A DNA stretch of 64,000 nucleotides from Octopus bimaculoides. Its lineage: Eukaryota. The notes beneath the pieces were generated by a model, which searched no databases, was not told the origin of the DNA, and saw only the letters and a program-made list of their open reading frames with translations. A program made the position numbers and the translations under genes. Each line of letters begins with the position of its first letter. Within the stretch, counting starts at the first letter, position 1. Of this stretch, positions 51,004-63,900 are shown one piece after another. The stretch spans positions 49,035,118 to 49,099,117 of the forward strand of contig NC_068984.1 in NCBI RefSeq assembly GCF_001194135.2. Reading direction: 5' to 3'.

Positions 51004-51830
51004 GTTACTTTCGTCTGAAAGTAACGGCATAAAGCTTTTGATTATACTCTTGAATGTAGATTTATGGTGGCTAGATTCTGTGTTGATGTACTTAAGGTAT
51101 TGACTGAGTTTATGATATGGGAAGTAAAGTGAAGAGTTTGAATCCAAAGTAGCATATATTTTTTATTGCTTCTTTCATCCGATTTGTGCCTATTATCATG
51201 AAAGAAGGCTTTCCATCTCATTCTTTGGTTAAGATAATTTGTTTTCCTAATTAAAAGCAGGAGAGGAGCTTTTTGAGATGGAATGGGTATATCTTTGAGT
51301 GAAATGCCCAGGAATTGTTTGTTCATAGTGAGCAGTACCTATATTAAATACTCTACGTGGCAATTTATACAAAATATGGGGATCTAGTTCACAGGTGATC
51401 TAAATGACTAGGTACGCTGCGTAAGAGCTGTAACGGATTACCAGGGCTCTAAGCTCATAGGCGAGATGGGAGTTATGGAGCCATTGTAGATTTCCGATAA
51501 AGCGGATATATATTTGTTAAAGAGGACAACAAACACGCTAAGACAAGACAAATATCACAAGTCATATCCAGGTATGATTAGATCCTTCATAGTGTAAATA
51601 TCCAGAGTTAAATGAGATCATATCGATGACTCGTAAGAGAATGATAAGATAAGTGGCTATTGAGGGATAACGAGAAAGAAAATAAATAGAAAGAGGGAGA
51701 AGTATTGGTAGGGAAGCAGGAAGTACAGAGAGAGGAAGAAGAATGCAATTGACTGAGCATTGGCAAGGACTGGTAGGAAGAATAAAATAAGGAATATAAA
51801 AATACGCCAATTTTAGGCATAGTTAGCACT
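51003..51830 (-). mobile_element. Penelope-like element 5' part: upstream pseudo-LTR and ORF N-terminus
   Basis: ORF 51042-51326 reads SLKDIPIPSQK...QRMRWKAFF, an N-terminal motif I recognise from PLE ORFs. The direct repeat 51566-51804 matches 47084-47321 at roughly 85-90%. Confidence 0.7.
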
Positions 51831-51937
51831 TAAAGCTAGTTCCTGAGCTGTGCATATGAGTGTTTCTCTCTCTATCTTCAGACCACTCCTCATTCATACC
51901 CACAGGTCCTCTGTATCTGTCATTATTATTATTATTA

Positions 51938-51978
<41 letters not shown>

Positions 51979-52003
51979 GTTATTATTGTTATCATTATTA
52001 TTG

Positions 52004-52144
52004 TTCAGTAGTTTTATTTTTATAACGTGCTTTCACTTCTATACCGAGCGCAGCTCAGTGCGCCTTGGGTATGTGCTGTGGTTTGCTGTGGTGCTCTTAT
52101 GTTTACTGTATTGAAAGTGTTTTGCGTAGAATGTGTGCAGTACC
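52004..52144 (-). mobile_element. 141 bp R4/Dong subfamily 1 3' end with (TAA)n on both sides
   Basis: Nearly identical to 28780-28920. Flanked by (ATT)n at 51920-52003 and 52145-52220. Confidence 0.9.
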
Positions 52145-52208
<64 letters not shown>

Positions 52209-52728
52209 GTTATTATTATTATGTGAGAGAGTAGTGCATGCTATCAAAGTGACACTGAGGTACAACTATACGAAGACCAGTATACACATCATGACTACCC
52301 ATCTGATAAGGGTACACCAGATACATGCATCACAACCATGTGTGCGCGTCATGGTGATCTCATATCAATATAAACAGCGCATGACCTTGAAGGTGGGGCC
52401 CAGTTCGAATTTGCATCAGGTCGAGTAGCCCATCCCGCTCAGAAGGTCTCTGAATATGGGTTGTTTAACGAAACACCCACGTTTCTAAAGGTGAAATATT
52501 CAAACCGCAAAGAATTCCTCTCAACACATAGCGCTATGATGTTCCCCCACTGCTTCTGCTGTGATCAGAGATTCACATATCGTCAGTCACCAAGGGACAT
52601 GCTCAACTGGTCATGGTCAAACAACTGACAAGCAAATTTGTGGTATTGAACAGAATGTTTGCTGTAGCCCAACATTTATACCAAGACAAAACAATGAACA
52701 TGATAATACTTCTAGTCAGGTAAGGCCA

Positions 52729-52764
52729 GTATTATTACCTCCGCTAAGGCGGAGGTAATAATAC
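52729..52764. other. Perfect 16 bp hairpin, possibly a Helentron-associated terminus
   Basis: GTATTATTACCTCCGC-TAAG-GCGGAGGTAATAATAC. Confidence 0.6.
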
Positions 52765-52824
52765 CGTTGGATATCTCTGAGTCACGGTTCTCCTGGGAAC
52801 TTCTTTAGATGTTTCTGACATCCC

Positions 52825-52904
<80 letters not shown>

Positions 52905-53614
52905 GCACTCAACAGATTAGACTGTTGGAAAAGAAAAGAATCTTAACATCTGGCTACAAGTAGCCTTCGATGCCGCCTATTGGGTTACAGCAAGTAACTT
53001 TAGATGCCAAAAACCCTCCTAAGTATCCTAGCTGTCTTTAATAACATTGTTTTCTGCAGCTGAACTAAACTGGGTTTTATGCCTATTTCCTCTATCCAGC
53101 TGTTCAGATCTTTAGGGATAGTTCCCAATGCACGTATAACTACTGTGATACATTTTACCTCGACTTTCCATTGTCTCTGTAATTCAATAGCTAGGATCTG
53201 GTACTTTGCTACTTTTGCTATCCTTCTCATATTAATTTTTTTCATCATTTGGGACTGCAAAGTCAATTAATTAGTACTTTCTAATCTCTTTATCTACTAC
53301 TACCAAATCATGCCTTCTAGCTTCTATTAGTCTGTCAGTCTGCATGTTAAAGTACAACATCTTGTATATCTTACTTTCTAGTAATTTACTAGGTTCCTGT
53401 TCATACCCTTTATCAAATTCTAGCCTTCTACATAGCACCCAGTGGATTGCTCTCCTTAGACTGACATGTTATATATTTTCATATATTCTTTCTGTGCCAG
53501 CATGCTACATTCACTTACTGTAAGAGTAACGCTTCTCGCTTTTCATTTGCATAATCTACATTGAAAATCTACTTGGTTTTTGTCTATCTTGGCTTTTACG
53601 CAGTTATTCCTGGA
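52905..53614 (-). mobile_element. R4/Dong 3' fragment (subfamily 3): CCHC finger, RLE and 3' UTR between two (TAA)n arrays
   Basis: VKAKIDKNQVDFQCRLCK...SECSMLAQKEY...IHWVLC...QTDRLIEARRHDLV..IDFAVPND...VVIRALGTIPK...LLKTARILRRVFGI*. Confidence 0.85.
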
Positions 53615-53756
53615 TTATTATTATTATTATTATTATTACTATTATTATTATTAATATCATCATCATCATCATCATAATCATCATCATCGTCATCATCGTT
53701 ATTATTGTTGTTGTCGTTGTTGTTGTTTTTGTTTCTGTTGTTGATATTGTTATTAT

Positions 53757-54103
53757 ATGTTTGACTTTTCCTTTCTATTTGTAGAAGTTGACTCCAAGTC
53801 TCACCCAGGGACCTCAAGAGACAACAAGTTAGAATTTCATGATGGTGTTATGGTTAGGTTTTCATATATTTGGTTTTGCACATAGTATTGTTCTAGCGAA
53901 TTTTTAAGAATACATAAGAAACTTACAAGCTTGTTTTAAAATTTGAGATTACAGAGACAGTATTTTATGTAGGATATGGACAGTTCCCATGAGCACTATC
54001 TTTTGAATTTCAGCCATTTTACGGTTTCCTAGTATCTGAGCAAGGTAGGAATTAGCCCCTTTTGCTATCATTCCTGGGGCACCTATGACAACAGGTATTG
54101 TTT
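53757..54103 (-). mobile_element. R4/Dong 3' fragment (subfamily 4)
   Basis: TETIPVVIGAPGMIAK...(frameshift)...EIQKIVLMGTVHILHKILSL*, then a distinct UTR ending GTCAAACAT-AATAAT. Confidence 0.8.
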
Positions 54104-54176
54104 CAGTCAATTATTTTAGTTATTTTAGTTGTTGCTGTTGTTATTATTATTACTATTATTATTATTACTACTACTG

Positions 54177-54242
<66 letters not shown>

Positions 54243-56059
54243 TTATTATTATTTCAAATAGTTTGATTTGGCTTCTCAGGATTCTTAGACACTTAGCTAT
54301 TCCAGGTACAGTTTGTGTGTGTGCGTGCGCGCACGCGTGTGTGTGTTTATACACACATGTATATATATAGAGAGAGATAGGTATATGGATAATAAGAGAG
54401 AAGGTGAAAGAGATAGAGAGTGGCAGGGATATCTATCAACAGTTGGCGGAGTGTGGAAGAAACCCTGTTTCAGGTTATTGCCTTCATTCAGAAGTTCTTT
54501 AGACTCACATACGCACATATATATGCAAGCATATATCATGCATACATACAAACATATACATATTCATACACACTCGTGCATGCATACACATATGTATCGT
54601 TTTTTTTTATTATCAGAACAAGCTTAACCACGAACTATCAAAAGAAGTCCTTGCAGACAAGCATAATTGTTGATAAAACCTTTTAGAAACTAATTTTATC
54701 TAACAAATTGTAATTTAGAAATGAAGTCATTAAACACTAAAATATCTACCTGAACAAGTATATATAAAATCTGTCAAGGTTACCACGCAGTAAGGAAAAG
54801 TTTACCAACAGTAATCAAAGGATGTGTGTAGGAGGGAATACTCATATGAGATAAAAGAGATTAACTTATTTCCTATGTTACAATGAAATAATAGCACTAC
54901 AGTAACTAGAAATTACAAAAATTATATTCTGTATTTGTTGTTTTTTTTTTTTATTGGTGAGTACATATAAGTTTTAAAAGTTAATATTTCCTAAGGCAAT
55001 GCATCAGCGTCTGTTTTCATTGAGTAGGATTTAGAGCTTAATATGTATGATTTTTCTCTTAGGTAGCGAAATATTAATCATAGATAATATATTAAGATGA
55101 TATTTAAAAATGCGTTATGACAAAAGATGTATTTCAACCAATTTTCACCAATGCATTTATACCAATGTGAAAAGTAAAATGGGAACAAAATCTCGTTTGA
55201 GGAATAAGGGAAGCATGTGTATCTGTATCATTATCTGTCATATCAATAAACTCATGCTCACTCTTATATTTTACTCCCTCTAAAACACACGTTTAAATTC
55301 CCTTATAGCTATATACATTTTTATGCATGAATACGTCAAGCAGGATGCGTGTAGGTACCCATTAGATTTTTGAAGCACATTTACATTAAAGCTTATTTAC
55401 AGAAAACATTTATAGGAATGAATTTTGTGAGGAACTGGTGAGGGCAAAATATTTTGGTATAATTTTCAAAGAGATTTTTGTCGAAATTCTCGATGTTGAT
55501 GGAAAGATAAAAGCGTATGATAATGAATATGTTACACTAAACATCATGGCATATTTAAAATATCTAAAAGTTTTATAAATTGTGTCCCTGCATGAGGAAA
55601 TTCTTTCTGAGAGTCTGTGAAAGATTTATTAATTTTTTTTTTTTAAATCTCGTATGGTTCTGCAGCACGAAGTGTTCTTTCGATTGCTATTGCATTACAT
55701 AGAATTTGTGAATATTATATCATTTATATATAATATCATAAATATGATATTGAGTATAATATATTTAATTTTTTATTCAAAAAATGAGAACACTGAAAAA
55801 TGCTTACTTCTGTTTTGTCCAGAGTTGAAAACCTTCTATTGTACCGAGATTTAATCGAATTTTTGTGAAGTATATATATATATATATATAGCTAGCGGTT
55901 GTGTTAACCTCATGAAGGGATGGTTTCATGCAAGGAAATACTGGTTCAATACCTAGTATATTTGAGGAATGAATTTCCTTAAAATAATATATATAGATAT
56001 AAAATACATACAGCTTATATTCATTTCAAAGAAAAATGTGTACTTTAGGAAGTTAATAA

Positions 56060-56441
56060 TTGGTACAACGCGAATACAAAAGACGCCATGGCAATGTGAC
56101 AAGAATGATCAATTGGGAGCTCTGTGGAAATCACGGCAACCTTCAGAAGCAGTCATGATAATTAGAATTACAAAATCCTGTGGGATGGAATGATCCACTG
56201 CGATCATTAGATATGATAAGAAAAAAAAAACATGCAGACAAGTATATAACAGAGACACCAGGTCTTACAATTATATATAACATACAGAAAGTAGCACTAT
56301 TAGGCTCTGCACACTTCCTACGTAAAACACTTTCAATACAATGGAAATAAGAGCACCACAACAAACCACAGCACATACCCAAGGCACACAGAGCTACGCT
56401 CGATAAAGCAGTGAAAGCATGTGATAAGAATAAGACTACTG
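56060..56441 (+). mobile_element. Chimeric/internally deleted R4/Dong 3' fragment ending in (AAT/AAC)n
   Basis: LVQREYKRRHGNVTRMINWELC...YKILWDGMIHCDH joined to a subfamily-1-like end (YNIQKVALLGSAHFLRKTLSIQ; UTR AAACCACAGCACATACCCAAGGCACACAGAGCT). Confidence 0.8.
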
Positions 56442-56501
56442 AATAATAGTAACAACAACAACAACAGCAATAATAATAATAATAATGATAATAATAATAA
56501 T

Positions 56502-56535
<34 letters not shown>

Positions 56536-56615
56536 TATGCATAATTATTTATATATGTGTGTATGTGTGCACATACACGATGTCCTCTTTCCCTGACTCG
56601 CTATACATATGCGTG

Positions 56616-56646
<31 letters not shown>

Positions 56647-57126
56647 ATAAGTGTGTGTGTGTGTTTGTGTGTGTGTGTGTCTGTGCGTGTGTTTATGCAC
56701 GTACACATATTTATATATATGTATATATGTACACGCACACACATAGATAATGCATGTATATATACATACACGCTTTGCCTCATCCTAAATTTTGTTTCCC
56801 TGCTGCCTATGTGCTGTTGAAATTACTCATCTTCCTTAAATCTGTCATCAGGCAATTTGGGTCACAAGATGTGAGTCTGTGTTATTCATACCCTTTTCGA
56901 GTATCTGGTAGATATGTAAATACCGGGGTTCAAGTTCAAATTTGGCATTGTGTAACACAGTCGCATCTTCTGGATTTTGTCTCTAGCATATTGATTAATT
57001 GATGTATTCTTATATTTTAATATCTCGTTGTAATCATACAAATTAATATCAATCTCTTTTCGAAGTATATTTTATTGCTGTAGGCTGTTTTATATTCACG
57101 TCGTTAGCTTAGAATATTTTGTCAAA

Positions 57127-57797
57127 TATTTTGTTGGCAAGAAAGTGATTTTGTTTTCCGCAAATAGACTTACAACTCTTTTTTAATGAATTTTGTCAAT
57201 GTTATGATTTTTTTCATTGTGACATTTCATAGCCTTTACTTTTAGCTTACCTGAGGAGCAAAATTGCGCATAATTTTGTTTACAGTTATTAGTTCAGGTT
57301 AGTTTTACATGGAGTGCAAAAACGAACATTTTCCCCATATTTTGCTTTATTTCCGTAAAGGCAAGAAAGCGGCTAAGGCTCACAAAGAGATATGTGAAGT
57401 GTATGGTGTTGATTGCTTAATAGTGCGGTTTTAAAATTTCTGTTCTGGAGATTTTCTACTCTAAGCTGACTAAAGTTCTGGTTGAACTACTGAAGTCGAT
57501 GATGACCGAATCAGAGATTGTAGAGGTGAAATATATCACACACAATTGAAACTGACTTAAAATGTCTTGGTCTCGTCAAGAAGCTTGATATTTGGGTTGC
57601 ACATAAATTGAAAGAGATTCAAATTAACACAATACATCAATATTTTCGATATGCATTTCAAACGCAATGAAATCGACCTCTTTTTTAAACGAATCATCAC
57701 TGGTGAGGAAAAATGGATTGTCTACAATAACATCAATCGGAAGCGATCATGGTCCAAGCGTATTGAAGCAGCTCAAACCACATCGAAAGTCTGGTAC
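57127..57797 (+). mobile_element. mariner-family transposon 5' fragment
   Basis: TA followed by a degenerate TIR TTTTGTTGGCAAGAAAGTGATT. ATG at 57309 begins MECKNEHF.HILLYFRKGKKAAKAHKEICEVYG; further on, KRIITGEEKWIVYNN..RKRSW. Truncated before the second D. Confidence 0.85.
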
Positions 57798-57799
57798 TT

Positions 57800-60000
57800 C
57801 AACGTATGTGTTATAAGTGTTGATGCCTTGGACACAATAACAATTTTACTTTTGCTTGTGTATTGTGGATATTTCTAATAGTACTTTCTTATGGTTGACT
57901 ACATCATTTTTTCCCCAATCTTCGTAAAATATTCAATGTAGTGAACATTTTACAATAAATTTCCAGTAGCATATGACCTGTGCCTCATAACATCTGTAGT
58001 AAATATAATATCATTTGGTGTGGTGTATTTAAAATGCATCATTCCTGCTTTCCTGTATATCCTTATTAGTTATTTTAGCATAAATTTGAGAATATTCTAA
58101 TCATACTTATATTTGCCCAAGCTTTAAATTTCAATGTATTACGTATATAATGTTCGTTTCAAACAGTTTCTTTCGTTTCTGTGCTCTTTACCAAGCCTAA
58201 TCCATTCATTACTTAGTAATCGTAATTGCATTTATTTCAATTATCGTATTCTCTATTTCTTTAACTGACATTTATTTATCGTATCAGTATTCTTAAGTTT
58301 TGCAGCGTAGGTTACTGACCTGAGTTTCGTTTCCATTTTCTAATAACAATAATGCCAGCATTATATAATCAGAAGTGTACAACTTAATGCCTTACATTCA
58401 CAAAACATATTTAATTGGTCTACCATGAAATTTGTGTCCGTGTCCAGTCTGTTTTTAATTTGTTGCTTAAATGTGTTAGAAACAGGCAGAAAAAAATGAA
58501 GAGAGGCAATTTCCTTATAACAGAGATGGGATTTGTCCTTGTGCTGTTTTCTAATGTTTGTATGTGCAGCGAAGTTTGCCATTTATTCATGACAGTATTA
58601 TTATTGGTATCGTCCACTAGTTTCTAACATTTCAAGGAATTTGTGTGGGGTACACAGTCAAGTATATTCTGGCGGTTACTTCATGCAATGCTTAAACTTT
58701 TCGTTGTACTATTGCAGTCTTCGATCGGAGTTTGTTCAGTAATGCATCATTAAAACTACATAATTCTTTGAACCATTACATTTTTATATTCAACCGCTTG
58801 AAATTTTTTTTTTTTTTCCTTTTTCACTTATTTATCATTTGCTACAGGATTGTCATTATGGTCTTTCAAGCTGTGGACGTGTAGATTATGGGTTTGTAGT
58901 TATGAGTGTTTACTAATTCTACACAGTTGTAATTATGATGGATTTTTCATTCCGTGAACTATTTACATGCTGTTTCCAGCTAAGAGTTTGCTTGTTGAAT
59001 GATGCAATCAGCGGTTTAGGATAAAATATTCCACGGTGTATTCCATCTTTTCGTTTTCTCTTTTTTATTTCTCTCCCTTCGTTTTTTTTTTTTTTTTTCC
59101 TCTGGTCTAATCCTTTACTCTTTAGTCTCCCGGCTTCGTTGACAATTAGGTCCGTGCTGAATTTTTCACTGTCCATTTCTGTCTCGAACGGTTGTTCTAC
59201 TACTCCCGTTGTTGTGTTGATGCTGCTGCAACGTTATATTTTTAATTTGATCTAGTTATTCACGAAAATTTATTGAGTCGTTATTGCTTTTCAAATCAAC
59301 GGAATTGTTGCGATTTAATGAAGATATCTCATATTTCTGTATTATCTGTCGCTTCTGTTTGTGTTTTTTTTTTTTCCATATATACTTTTATTAGTAATTT
59401 CGTTGAAGATTGGAGTATGCAGTCTGCCATTTTGTTTATGTTTTGTATGTTTGTTTATCATGCTGCTTGCGTGGTTTGTGATAGTTATATTCGAATAGAT
59501 TGAAGGTAATACTCACCTTGCTTTGTAACGGTTGTTGCGACCGTATGCCATTTTGTTTATATTGTATTGATGTTTCTGTCTGTCTCTGTTGGTTCCAAAA
59601 TCGACAGGTTTTCTTTTCTATTATTATTGTTGTGTCTTTGAGTTTGGATTTATTTGAGGAAAACTTTCATTGGCCCATAGCAAGATCTGTTGAATTCAAC
59701 GTTTATCACATTTAAGTGATCATATTCTGAATTTGCATCTTCTGAATTTTCTGTTTGAAAACATTCTCTTATCTATATTTTTGGTTAGTATTCTGTAAGT
59801 GTTCAGATGTGATATTTTTTTTAATTTTGTTATTTATTTCGTGTTTAGGTCGATCTTAGCTAACGTTCTCAATGTTGTAATTGCGCAGTTTTATTCTCCT
59901 TGTTTGATTATTCCATTCTTTTATTTTTATCGTTTTTATGTTTTTGCTGAGTTCTTGCTTTTAAGCTCGGCTGACAGCACTGCTATCTCTACTGAATTTA
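57800..60000 (-). mobile_element. Very old R4/Dong-like LINE relic (N-terminal region plus RT)
   Basis: NYKPII..TA*KTIMTIL (58884-901), LDCVPH...KC (58645-59), MNKWQTSLH...FFCLFL..LS, YVL*M*GIKLYT (degenerate YMDDIKLY, ~58374-91), in the correct order. Confidence 0.6.
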
Positions 60001-60439
60001 TCTTGAACTGGTAAATACATGTATCAGTGCTTCTACAATGATCATAGATGATGTGCATATATATATTGAGTAATCTTCATACGTTTATATCCTGGTTTCT
60101 TTTATACTGTGTATTCCAGGAAGGGAAGAGAAAATAAAAATAAAAGGAATTTGGTCAATTTTCCCATGCTTTTGTTAATCGTTTTCTATGCTCTTGTATG
60201 TGGTTCCAAAATTATTTTGACGGGTAACCTTTTAATCGTCCCTTTTCATGTAAGAAACGTTTTCTCAGCGATACATTACTGGTTGTAAGTCCAACTAAAA
60301 TCTACTGACCTGATATCCCAAAACCCCGACTTTTAGTGATGCCCAAACAAACTTGAAAACGTGCTGTCAAGCACTCAAACTATGTGACACGTTAGAATAA
60401 TGAAATTATAGAAACATAATTGTGTAAGTGATGAGTTAA

Positions 60440-60650
60440 CACATTTTTATTACAACTTCTCCTATCACAATTATTAATAATGTTGATGATAAGTATGCAC
60501 CCTAACAAACCGGAATCATATCTCCGATCTCACACTTTCTTTCGTCCTCTGTAAATATATGTGGTCTTCTTGGTTCTGTTACTCGTGCTCATTATCACAG
60601 ACTCTGGTTTGTGTTCATACCACTTTTCTGCTATTACGAATCCACCCCTC
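60440..60650 (-). mobile_element. R4/Dong RLE remnant
   Basis: AEKWYEHKPESVI then, after a frameshift, EPRRPHIF..ERKCEIGDMIP. Confidence 0.55.
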
Positions 60651-61199
60651 TAGCTGAGGAGGTATCATAAAACTGAGATACATCAAGAATTGTCTCTGCT
60701 AATGACCAGAAAAGGGAAGTCATTAGGTAATATTACATGTTTCTGATTGCATATTTCTATTTCCTCTTTCAAAGTCCCAGCATTAAATATATTAAACTCT
60801 CAAGCTACCGAGTCTCATTCATATACATGTCGTTTCTGTATTGTTTCTGCAAACATATGTTATCTTGTCTATATACTCATTCATTCATCACTTCTTCTTC
60901 CTCTAGTATAGTAGAGAGTAATCTTCACCGATAGGTTCAGAATAATACCGAAACACTGTGAGCATTGTCTCCCGTAGTTGCTAGGAAAAGGAAAATTATA
61001 TTATTTATTGACTGATATTGTTTGCTCTTCACTCTAACATATCGAATATCGACTTATTATATATTACCCTTTCATTGGCTCCAGCCATTGTTTCCTAGTC
61101 ATGTTACAGTACTGAAAAAGAATATTACAAACAGTATCTCCTTAGTAAAATACACATCTTTCTTTTTTCTTTATTTCTCATCCTCTCACTCTTTCCCGC

Positions 61200-61489
61200 C
61201 ATCTCTCTTTTTCTCTCTCTCCTCTCTTTGTTTCTCTCCCTCTCTCTTTCTCTCTCCTCTCTTTCTCTCTCCCTCTCTCTCCCATCTTTCTCTCTCTCCC
61301 TCTCTCTTTCTCTCTCCCCCTCTCCCTTTCTCTCTCTCCCTCTCTCTCTGTCTCTCTCCCCCTCTCCCTTTCTCTCTCTCCTTCTCTCTCTTTCTCTCTC
61401 CCCTCTCTCCCTCTCTCTCTTTCTCTCTCCCCCTCTCCCTTTCTCTCTCTCCCTCTCTCTTTCTCTCTCTCACACACACACTCTTTTTC

Positions 61490-61552
<63 letters not shown>

Positions 61553-61554
61553 GT

Positions 61555-61608
<54 letters not shown>

Positions 61609-61620
61609 GTCTCTCTCTAT
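61200..61620 (+). repeat. (CT)n-based array followed by (CTAT)n
   Basis: Directly visible. Confidence 0.95.
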
Positions 61621-62684
61621 TTCCTTTCATCAATATATCATGTCTTAGTAAAATCAATTGCAACCCCAACATCCATATCTGAAATATCAATATATTAATT
61701 ACTAAACAATAACTTTGTTTATTTATTTATTTATTTATTTTTGAAAGATGCGTGTGAGTTTTGCAAACTTCATCTACCACCCTTTATAATACTCATGTTT
61801 AGGTAATAATAATGTGTCCCGCTTAAGGCCAAAACATAGCACCAGTATCTATAAAGATGGTTTGAGCACACAATTCTAGTACCTCCAATATTTCTATTCG
61901 CTATTCTCTTTTTACTTACTAACCAGAAGCACTTCATCTGTGAAATGATAAACAGAAATTCAGTTTACTGTACTGACTCATCCGTTTCTATTGGCAACTA
62001 CTAAATTATGCATTCAGTACCGTTTGTTTTATTGAATTTATCTATTTATTTTGTTTTCCTTTATATCTTAGGGAAAAGTGTTGTTTTAGTTTGCTGTGTT
62101 ATTGTATTGTTATATTTATTATTGTTGCGAATTTGTTTGTGATTGTTGATGTTTATATAAAGGGGGTGGGTGCATTATTTCACAACATTGATGGAAGAGG
62201 TTTGTTTGATTTTTGTATATCTTTAGCCACTTGTATTGAGTATCTGTGTGTATGTGTGTGCGTGTGTGCTTTAGTGTGTGAGTGTGCATGTGTACGTGCG
62301 TGTGTGAGTAAATGTGTACGCGCGTGTATGTATGCGCGTGTGCTTGTGCGCGTGTGTTTTTATATTCGAAAACCAATAAAGGATCCGTTGGTGATGATGT
62401 TGTTGGGGAGGAAAGGAAGAGGAAAATGAAAAGGGTGAAGCGAAAGAGAATCTGTAGGAAGAAGCGGATGAGGAGCAGCAGCAGGAGGAGGCGAAGGGTA
62501 GATGGAGAAATGCTTATTTTGCAGACCTGTTCAAAGCAAGCTTTTCGGCTTTGAAAAAAAATGTCTATTAAATCAATTTTTCAGCGCTGATGGTGGCGAA
62601 GAGGGTGAGTATGAGAAAGAAAAGGACGCAAAAGAGATGTAATAGGAGGGAGAGAGGAATTGCAAAATAGGGGGTAGAAAAAAG

Positions 62685-62699
62685 ATCATGATGATGATG

Positions 62700-62758
<59 letters not shown>

Positions 62759-62830
62759 TAGTTTTATTATTACTATTATTATTATTACTATTATTATTAT
62801 TGTTGTTGTTGTTATTACTATTATTATTAC

Positions 62831-62875
<45 letters not shown>

Positions 62876-62930
62876 CATCATCATCGTCATCATCATTATC
62901 AGCACCATCATCATCATCGTTATCATTGTC
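62685..62930 (+). repeat. (ATT)n/(ATC)n microsatellite
   Basis: Directly visible. Confidence 0.95.
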
Positions 62931-63900
62931 ATTGAGCCTGAAATGTCATTGTCTTCTTGCGGTCGAGCTGACACTAACACTATCCTTAAATATAACAGCA
63001 TCGCGCGCACAATCCACCAAGGCTCCCCAATTTGCTTCATCGCAAAGTAAACTTGTTAATGTATGAACAGAAAAATAAACATGGACACATTCAACGAACC
63101 ACACTTCCAATGGGACTTTGCCCACGCACCATATGACAATAATATAGACCCCACACCATATGACAATTACATAATCCAGATGTACTTTAGACTCCACTAA
63201 CGAAGGCTGTAAAACAAATTCCAATTCAACGGGGGAAATTCAATGCACTTGCTTCAGCTGCAAGAATTAGCAGCCAATTCTAAACCTCGTTGTTGTTTAG
63301 TCATAAGAAAAGGAAGGATAATATTCATGAACTTCGTTGGTCCTCCGTAATGAGTGATCTCGGTATAAACATCAACTTGAACTTGGCGCTGTGGAGGGGT
63401 TGTGCATAGGGCAAGGAAAATAAGGCTCGAGTGATGGTGCCTTTACTGTAAATACTGCGGCATTGAGGAAAAAGGCACGTCTGATATATAATTTGCTTGT
63501 TCAGAAAGTATAAGTATGAGATGGTCATCGATTGAATACCTTTTACCCTGAGTGCGATGACTGTTCCCCCTATGGCCAGCTGCATGCAGAGTGAAAGCCT
63601 AACACAAGTAGGGTTCTTTACTTGTCTTCATTGCCTCCTTTCTTATTGTCCATGCGCTTATGAAGAAAGCGTGATGCTGTTGGTTCCGGTGTCTTGGTTT
63701 ACCGATCTTCCTTTCCTGCCCGATGAATATTATAATAGTTAGTATGTTTTATGCAAAACCGACTCTCTTCTTTCGTCTTTCAAACTTGTATTGGTCTGAT
63801 GTAACAAGTATGGTAAGCCTAATATTTATCCCCATGAAGGATTTTTAAGGAGTTACTTTCGCTTAAATGACCTGCAATAGAATTGAAGGTTCTCAACAGT
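62930..63900 (-). mobile_element. Degenerate LINE APE-endonuclease region (RTE-like)
   Basis: Weak motifs in the expected order: QDTG..ITLSS, AIGG (63565-76), FYTEI, SKVHLDYVIV (63162-92, resembling KAQLDYILI). Confidence 0.4.

Noticed and set aside
52786-52827. VLLGTS as another R4 3' end
   Set aside because: It is too short and is followed by the TAT strand, the wrong polarity relative to all other R4 tails.
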